From Antedon mediterranea (lineage: Eukaryota; Animalia; Echinodermata), in contig NC_092670.1 in the NCBI RefSeq assembly GCF_964355755.1, positions 9,228,201 through 9,292,200 of the forward strand: a DNA stretch of 64,000 nt, read 5' to 3'. The notes below the pieces were generated by a model. It did no database searches. It was not told the origin of the DNA and saw only the letters and a list, made by a program, of their open reading frames with translations. This document shows, in pieces, positions 55,555-64,000 of this stretch. The first letter of the stretch is position 1. Every line of letters begins with the position of its first letter. A program made the position numbers and the translations under genes.

Positions 55555-55795
55555 ATGTGTTGCTGCAGTGAGTCTATTGCATTCAGTTATGCCAATGTGT
55601 TGTTGCAGTTAAAATCAGTTTGCTATACTAGTATGTTTCTTCAGTGAGTCTATTACATTCAGATTTCTGTAAATTAAACTGCAGTGAGTCTATTGTTTTC
55701 AGTTTGCTATGTCAATGTAACTGCAGTAAGTCTATGGTATTCAGTTTGTTATGTTTATTGTGTTTCTGCAGTGAGTCTATTGCATTCAGTTTGTC
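55555..55795. repeat. Degenerate minisatellite (about 40-bp unit, 5-6 copies)
   Basis: Recurrent ctgcagtgagtctattgcattcagttt. Confidence 0.8.
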
Positions 55796-58543
55796 ATTAA
55801 TGACCTAATATTTTGAATGATTGTTCAACAATAGTAATTGTTTTGTTTATCAATATTGTATTTATCATAAATAATTTAATAAAAAGCAATCATTAGCCAG
55901 AATAATATATGTTAAAAATACTGATTTACTAATAGTGCAGGTACATAATTCAGAATTACGAATAATATGGCGAAAGAAATTGTGATTACGAGAAGAATGA
56001 CCTTCATTCTATGTTGAGCAGATAGTGAACAGAGGCATCTAATTATACGTTTAATCACAGTCAAATGTTAACAGGGTATTATTCACACGAAGCAAGTACA
56101 GTGATTGAACATACTGTATTCTGTTGACCCAATACACAGGTTTGTAAAATGTTTTAATGTTGGCACAGCTGTGTGTTTGATACAAATGCATGCTTTTTAT
56201 CCCATGCACATCAAATGAATCTTCTGCTTTGATTTTGAATTTTTTCATGTAGCAGTTGTTTTTTAAGTTGGTTGATTGCTAAATTTAGTGGGTGATACAA
56301 AAATTTGAGTAAACGTGCAACATAAAACTGTTTAATAACCTAACTCTGGAGTAAAGATTTATATTTTTATAAGCATTTATAATTATAAATATAAAACTTA
56401 TCAGTGGAAGATAAACCATCATATAATATTTATAAGCTGATTTTTTAAGGGGTGCAACTGAACTTTTTTTCATAGTGTTTTTTTTTTTGGTAATCTATAT
56501 TTGAATTTATGTAAAGGCAAGATTTAGTAAATAGAAAGTTGGTACTTATTTTTAGCACGGTTATTTAACTACATAAATGACCATGTGTCTGTTGCGTGCC
56601 TGCTGAGCTTTCGATAAGCATGATTGCTTGTGTGACAACTCATTTCCCAAGCTCTGACTGGTTGAAAAATGTTTTTCTTTGCAAAATGGAAGGACTATTT
56701 AAACTACAATTTTGCTGAAACAAAAACTAGAACTAGAATTTGTTGCAGATAGGGATTTAGAAGATGGGTATTGAATGTGTAGTACGTACAGTATAAGTTG
56801 ACTGTTGATTCATGCTTTAACAAGTTTGCATGTGAAAACCAGGCTTTCAGTATTCAAGAACCATCTTTGGAACCATGACCGTAGCCAGCATGAGGCAGAT
56901 AGGGCGCACGCCTCATTGGAAATTTTCAGTTTTCACCAACCACCCCTAATCCCCAAGCACAGCTCGTCGTATTTTATATTAATAATTGTATTTAAAGCAT
57001 TTTTGCCTAGTCTGTGTTCAACCTCTCGCTACAGCCTTGAGAATCCTCTAGTTCACTCTTGTCAGTGTAAGTTGAATTGCTACACTAACAAAAAAATGTC
57101 TTTTTTTAAACAAGTGAGGTTATTATCAGCGGGGTTGAAAACATGTTACCTCCTATACACATTTTGCATGTAAACTTGTAAAGCTGAGCGTATGTTGCAG
57201 TACTGTACAAATACCACAGAAATATTCAATAACAGATACACACAGAAATACAAAAAAATATAGATTGTTGGTGAGTGTTAGGTCAGGTGGTTAGGTCACA
57301 CTATTGTGAGTTGAATCAACATTGGCATCTGGTCTTATTCACACCACCATGTTATTTTAAATGCTTTGATTTAGGTAATTTCATACCTAATATAATAATA
57401 TTACACTGTGTAATTTTATATACTGTATATATATTCACCGTATTGGTCTTTCCACCTCTTTTAACTTGAATATTCTTTCATTGTGTTTAGAAATTAATAA
57501 ATGTCTTTCTGCCTTGGTTTATTTACCATCTGGCTTGAACCTGGCAGTCATGAGATATTCATTTTATACTTAGAACCTCAATGCTTTTGATATGTTACTA
57601 TAAAGACAGGAACCCTATTTATTTTTTTAATTATTTGTTATTTGAAATACAGTGACTCATTTCAATACAGCAATTAAAACGAGTACCAGCTTGCATTTTT
57701 ATACTTCATTTGTAATTATAAGTACACATTTTATAAATACAAATTTTATAAATTCAAAAACAGATTTTAATTTAGTTGAACACCAGATGATGGGAATTTA
57801 CAAAGTCACATAATAGAAACTGGAATATTTTAAAATCATCTCTGATTAATTAATATTTAAAAAGAGATTTGTACGTGGCACTGTGAGGCATATGGCACCG
57901 TGTCTGATATCATGTTTTGTGTACTCATGTGACAAACGGCACGCAAAATGTGCATTTGAATGTTTCAATGAAGCTATGTTTTCACATGTTTTGCAAGTAT
58001 CAATATTTAGTCAATCAATTCCTGGAACAATGCAAAAAACATGCTGCGTAGCACAGCATATGGCTTCTGGTGGGGAATAATTGTTTTTCCTGTTTTACAT
58101 AAAATGATATATAATAATCCGTCTCTCTCATCTGTCTTCTGCATCATCTTTCTTCTCTCTAATTCTCTCCTTTCCACTTACTAAATCCACTGTTACCACG
58201 CCCTCTTTACAGACAACCTCCTCATCTTTCCTCCAATGTAGTGGAACTGTAGCTTGGTGGCTAAGATGCCTTCCAATCCCAATTTTCAGTTGTCAATCTT
58301 TACTTAATGCCAGAGTTCAATCCTAACCTAGTGCCAGAGTTATTAAAGCGCACACACAGGACTTGAACCCATGTCTCTCAAATATCAGATTTTCCATTTA
58401 ACATGATGCCATATCACTCTCCTGACAACAATTGACTTTAAAAGTAATTGCAGTTTATTGTTACAATGCGATATCATGTTGTATGATGATGTCACAGTTT
58501 TACACTTTAATTACATGGCCCATCAGCGATGGCAATATTGATA

Positions 58544-59144
58544 CAGTAGAACCATATTGAGTTGACACCTTCGGTACCCAAAAGTGTCCTCTTTAGTGTC
58601 TGTCTATTCCCCATAACATGGGTTATTGGTAGTTTTCCTCATTCTTTTCGCTAAAAAAGTCATAGTATAGTGGTGTCTATGAATAGGATTGTTCCAAAAG
58701 AAAACTTATTAATATTAAGAAATATTAGTAGGCCAACAGTACTGTATAGGCCTATACCATCAATGGTAAAATATATTATATTTCAAAGTTTAATTTTGAA
58801 TCTATGTCAATAATTATTTGCGACATACTAAAGTTACACTATGCTTGAATAAACCGACACTCGGACATAATTAAAGATATAAATAAAATCATATTGTATT
58901 ATACATTGGCAGTTAATTAATCAGGTAACCAATTGACCATACCGGTGAGTAGAATTCATAGTAATTGTTATCATATGTAGTTCTTTAAGAAACGTGCGGA
59001 ATGCTAAAATCATCAAATAAATAAATGCTGTACAATACAGCCTCCTCATTGAAGAGGCTATCTTTATTAAGAGACTTTACTCTATAACAAACACAACAGC
59101 CAACCCTTATTCAAGGATGTGTCCCTTTAATAGAGGTTCTACTG
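58544..59144. mobile_element. Tc1/mariner (pogo/Tigger-like) MITE or paired remnants
   Basis: Inverted termini cagtagaacc / ggttctactg, preceded by TA, with subterminal gacac/gtgtcc motifs. Related ends lie at about 19042-19110 and about 51729-51810. Confidence 0.5.
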
Positions 59145-60408
59145 TGTAAGATAGCCTACTTATGAGTCATGATCATCAACATCTTGTTATAAACTCTTTA
59201 TAGCTCCCATTCGAATGGAGCACTTATTTGATTCATTGTGTAGCAATATTTCCCATTCAATGTTGAAATTAAATCTCCCTGTAACAAGATGTTTTCCTAT
59301 AGCCTGTAGGTAGACTGTGAGAAGCTAAAAACAAGTTATAACCTCATCACCTGTACGCCATACCCAACTGGCTCCCATTGTTTACCTCCTATTCTTTTGT
59401 CCATTCACTTTACTAAGAGTACTCGCTTAATGAAGTCCGTACTAATTAAATGTTTTGTGGTAGCCACACACTAGGAGACAATACACATATTGCGGCTGTA
59501 TTGATTGCTATTGATCGGTACGTTCAACACTGTCAAGCGGTTTAATTGTGTGGAAATAAATGACTTTGGATGGGAAGCTATTTAATGAGAAGATATTTTC
59601 ATTTATTAACAGATTTTCTACACAAATCTGTAATTATAATTAATACAAAATTTGAAATTTAAAAGTATTATTCTTTAGCAAAAGATGAAACATATTAGAT
59701 ATTTTGTCAACAAATATTAATTGTAGTAATAATAATTATACAGTACTGTACATAATCAATTACCTTTTTTAAAATGATTTTAATTTATCATTGGTAAAGT
59801 ATAATTTTTATAATTTTTACTCTATTTTTACATAATTATTTTTAATAAATATTAAATTAATTAGTTTATTCTTATTTTAATATTATTCTTGTATTCTAAT
59901 AATCAATCACATTTTTTTCATCATTTTATTTTTAATAACAGTTGAGCATTTGTTATTGTTTAATATTTGACTTTTTTAGGATGTTTTTATAATTGATGTG
60001 TATTGCCATTCAATGCACTCAATTGGATTATGATATTATTAATATTTTAATGAACGGGGTCAGTTATGAATGCACTGATGCATGACGCTGTAAACGCGTC
60101 CATTGAATCACTGAGAGTTTACATGAACTCCGTCACATGAATTTATAGTTCCTTGTAACGTATGCGAATGCGTAATTAAATTTACAATGTAGATTTTGTC
60201 AAACATAAAAATCTGTCGTCCCAATAAACGTTCGGGAAATCTCATCCTACAGCAAACATCTAACAAAAATAATTGTTACACTCTATTCAAAGACAAATTG
60301 TTTAAATCGTTTTGTTGGGTGACCTGTCCCTAATTCCAAGTATTTGTTGTATAATAGTTGGACCTTCCAATATATTTGCTTCACCCGTTGGTGCCACCAC
60401 TAGACCAA

Positions 60409-60735
60409 AGCGAGTCCAAATGATGGAGCGGTTAAGGCAGGGACTCCTGTTTATCGTACCGAAAAGAGCCAAAAATATCGGCATGGGTTCAAGGCCGACT
60501 CGCTCCTAGTTCTGGTGGTGGAACAAGTTTTCACGGATAAGGACTATAAACTGTAGGTCCCGTGTACACAGTTACTTTAAAGAACCAGTTCATCATTCGA
60601 AACGAGTAAGGGGTTACCCCAGTGAACTGGTTCATAAAATAGCTCCTGTATCAGTGGGATTTCCACCTATCTGATAGGACAGTGATTAATTTACTATTAC
60701 TAATCCTTGGCCATCCTAAAGACATAAAATAAAAA
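60409..60735 (+). mobile_element. tRNA-derived SINE with a Deu/Nin central domain
   Basis: tRNA-like head with paired ends agcgagtc/gactcgct (60409-60504), A-box tggagcggttaagg and B-box ggttcaaggcc. The body ggataaggactataaactgtaggtcc...ttaaagaacc...ttcgaaacgagtaaggggttacccc resembles the DeuSINE core. A-rich tail. Confidence 0.75.
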
Positions 60736-61318
60736 TATCATAAACCTCCTCCATCAAATTTTGCCTATTCAGTTGCCCTTATTTAGCTATGTCAAGTTTT
60801 GTAGAGATTCCTTGTAAAAATCAATCTCCTATTAAATTTGAAATTTGTATGTTTTTTTGTATATTCAACATCTGTAATTTGATATTGTAGATTATTTCTA
60901 AGAGCAGTTCATTTTAATTTCCGAGTTCAGAATTATGTTTCTATGAAAGTCTCTTCAATTTCAGATAATCATGAAATATATGAAATAAATGTTTCCTTTG
61001 AGCCTATTTCAATTCTCATTGGTGAATTAGTTTTTGCCTCGAAGATTAGAATATATGTTTAACAGAGTGTGCTGTTTATCTGGATGAAAATAACTTTGAC
61101 ATGGTAACTCAAACAAAATGGCTAATTAAAATGAATATGCTACTTTAATATTTTATACTTTACTTGAACTTGTACACAAATTATCATATGTTTATACAGT
61201 GTTAATTCATCTGTCAAATTCTATTAATTCTTGTTATTCATCATCTTAGATGCACATTTTTCATGTAGTGTTGTGATTTACATAATTTAAAAGAAGAACA
61301 AAAGAACTGAACTGTAAT

Positions 61319-61699
61319 AGGGAGTTTTTACGAATATGATAACCAAACGTATAACGTACACGTATTCGTTTTTCGTAAGCCAGTAAAAATCTGTTTCGCA
61401 TGGCAACGAAATATTGAGGGCGCCGTTCAAAATATGACTGCGGTAATTTGAGCGAAGCGGCAGGTACGTGTTGCTTTGTGCTTGGCTGCCTAGGCCTAGC
61501 GTAACATCAAAGCGAGTGAGGACTTTAAAAACTGCTATTTATCAAAATTGACCTGGCATTTTTATAGTAAATTACTTTAGTAAATTACTTTCAATAAATC
61601 TATAATTATATTATAATCATGAATCATTCCTGATTCCTGAAAGTTTCACAAATGTGTGACGTTTTCGTTATCGTATTCGTAAGGTTGCGAAACCTCCCT
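61319..61699. mobile_element. Complete 381-bp PIF/Harbinger/ISL2EU-like MITE
   Basis: Imperfect TIRs agggagttt..ttacgaatatgataacc / cgttatcgtattcgtaa..aaacctccct, with 3-bp TSD AAT (61316-61318, 61700-61702). Confidence 0.8.
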
Positions 61700-63384
61700 A
61701 ATATTTAATCAGGGAATGTTTTTGCCAGAGTGTAGCTTAAACCAAATGCTATAGTACATAATACCACCTTATTGCTAAACATTTATTAAATGGTATGTCT
61801 AATAATGCAATACAAAAATGTGTCAACATTGTCTAATGATAATGATGTCGGTATGTACCACAAATTATTAAAGAGGGTATACTTGCTTCGTTCAAACATC
61901 TTCTAGTACCGTATTGACGCAGGTATAGGCTCTGAGAGTCTTCGGTATAAACAGTTATTTTACTGCATTAAATATTTCATCAAATAATTATAACCAATTT
62001 ATTTTTAGTATAAAATTTAAATTGGAAAATGGAAGGCTTGTAATGCCATAGCCACAAGAATTAAATTGGTGCTATATTCACAAAAGAATGGAACAATCCT
62101 ATGTGCAAGCCATGGGATTGTCAACTGAGTACTCTTGTCAAGGCCTATGTCAAAAATTGGTCAAGTTGAATTGCCTTACCGACCGTAATGGTGGCTACGG
62201 CCCTGTCTTATTTCACATGTAAACCAATATAGGCTTAATATTAGTATGTGACAAAAACATGATGCTAAAACTTAGTAGCAGACCTTTATTACATGTTAAT
62301 GCATTGAAACCTGTAATATATTCACCTTAAGTATTGTTTTATGGCAAGATCTAATCATATATTGTGCTAATGGATCAGGATAGTGACTATGGATTATGTA
62401 CTATACAATACATTATCAATAACGGCGTATATTTTACTATATTTGTGTTTTTGGCAAGTAAAGATCTATTTGCACATTGTGCAACGATAGATTATATAAT
62501 TCAATAGAAATGGCAAATCATTTTTTGCTATTTGGTGATGTTCACATAGAGATCAATTTTAAGGAAATTACAATAATTATTTTTCTAAAATACGATTTTG
62601 TTCAACTTTTAGCTTGTGTGCTGAACAACAACAACATTTTTGGCTCAGTAATTTAAGCTTAATTTTATACCAACCATGGCATTTACCTTTATGCGTTTTA
62701 CTATACTTTGTTTTAATAAGAATTTTCAGAATCAACAACACATTAGAATAAAATAGAATGACATTTAGGAAAAGAATGAAATGAAAAAAATTAACATTAT
62801 AACCAAAAAAAAAAAGAAAATCTTAGCCAACAATATTTTCATTTCAGATCGAAAATTTTTTTTAATGATGAATGGCTATTTTTTAACCTTTTTTTGTGGA
62901 AAATATACATTTTTTATTTTTTTATTTGTGATTTTCTGAAAAGTTATTATTAATATATTTTAATTGACTTTGAAAATTGTGTTTTATTAGATACATTACA
63001 CTATTCTCTTTAATACATTTTATGATTTTTGTCACTTTTTAGTTCAGCAATTATGGTGATCTAATTTGGAGAACTTATGTGAAGTGATTTTATAATTGAT
63101 TTATTAAAAAATAATTATGCATGTCTTGTTAGAATTTGATATAAATAAATTGATTACCGGTACATGAAGAAATTAATGAAAGTAATGTATTATATCATTT
63201 AGGTCATGTTTATTAGTGTCTCTTAAGTCATCACAGCCTGGTCTGTGAAGAAGTGTAGACAGGCATTACAGGGACAAAGAATATTCAAACAGCTTAAACT
63301 GTAGAATCGTAATGACACATGTGGCAAAGATATTAATTTGTTTTTGGTTATTTATTAAAAGCTATCGGTTTGTGCGCGAGTGTT

Positions 63385-63510
63385 CTGATTGGCTGTATCA
63401 GAGCACAGCCTTTAACAGCCCCTGATTGCACAGAACTTATGAACAAAAGGCATACTATACAACATCTGCTAACTAGTTGCCATGGTAATGAATGAGAATC
63501 AACCAATGGG
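63385..63510 (+). promoter_or_regulatory. Promoter/enhancer-like cluster: RFX X-box flanked by two CCAAT boxes
   Basis: ctgATTGGct (63385-63394), GTTGCCATGGTAAT (63476-63489; near-palindromic X-box) and aaCCAATgg (63501-63509), in a locally CpG-richer stretch. Confidence 0.5.
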
Positions 63511-63614
63511 ATGGTGTGTACCATCTGCATAATTAATTCATTCATATTGTAAGCTTTAGCTAGAAGAGAGGCCTACTGTAGGTTGAGTATAGTGATTGTC
63601 GGACACGCAGCAGG

Positions 63615-63655
63615 ATGGAAGCAGATCGACGTGTGGGCCTCTCACGGATCCGTAG
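63615..63655 (+). CDS. Candidate first coding exon (MEADRRVGLSRIR...) downstream of the X-box/CCAAT cluster
   Basis: ATG in good context (AGGATGG), 13 open codons of GC-rich sequence, then donor TAG|gtaggt at 63656. There is no good upstream polypyrimidine tract. Confidence 0.35.
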
Positions 63656-64000
63656 GTAGGTAAAATCGTGAGGGTAGAGCATTTTACCAGTGTCAATTAA
63701 TAGGTAAAATGTGTTACATATACCATTTAGCTAATAACTGATATACATTTAGTTAGTAGTAATTTTTTAGAATATCAGTTTAGTATTTTTCATTCGTGAA
63801 TTGATTGTAAGTTGTAGTGTATGTTAAGTTTAATGAATATCTGTTTTTTAACTTACAAGTACTTTAGAAATGTCAAATTTAATTTAAGTTTAATTAAATT
63901 TGTTTATTTTTCTTAGACATAGCTATCATTTTGAATAATCTAGCTATCAAGAATAATAATTGGTATCTGAAAATAATGATATTTTTCTGGGATTTTTTTG

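Noticed and set aside
60409-60504. Functional tRNA gene
   Set aside because: The arms do not fold into a canonical cloverleaf, and the head continues into a SINE body. The same applies to the heads at about 8215-8495 and 49668.
334-63545. The supplied 60-127 aa ORFs as protein-coding genes
   Set aside because: They are short and compositionally biased (Phe/Ile/Leu/Lys-rich), often overlap repeats, and have no recognisable domains. The real coding signal is in short spliced exons that the track misses.

Overview
AT-rich animal (invertebrate-type) nuclear DNA. The supplied ORF track is essentially noise. Almost the whole window is intronic sequence of one large + strand gene. Four short GT-AG exons (1-115, 3097-3180, 19465-19541, 36823-36890) splice in frame into the luminal SEA-like (mature ectodomain) region of an IA-2/phogrin (PTPRN/PTPRN2-family) receptor tyrosine phosphatase-like protein. 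A probable 22-nt microexon follows; the transmembrane and PTP exons are not visible here. The introns hold three large tandem arrays (39-bp, about 20-bp palindromic, 75-bp), smaller minisatellites, MITEs, tRNA-derived SINEs (one with a Deu/Nin domain) and LINE 3' remnants. The most interesting observations: (i) a 68-nt exon at 33981-34048 with the same length and phases as the last SEA exon but carrying an in-frame TAG, which could be a secreted-isoform, poison or recursive-splicing exon; (ii) juxtamembrane microexons; (iii) an intragenic X-box + CCAAT promoter-like element with an ATG exon near the window end; (iv) a decayed type I hammerhead ribozyme; (v) a visible satellite transition from a 20-mer to a 75-mer. 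All family assignments come from manual translation and recall of family motifs; no searches were run.
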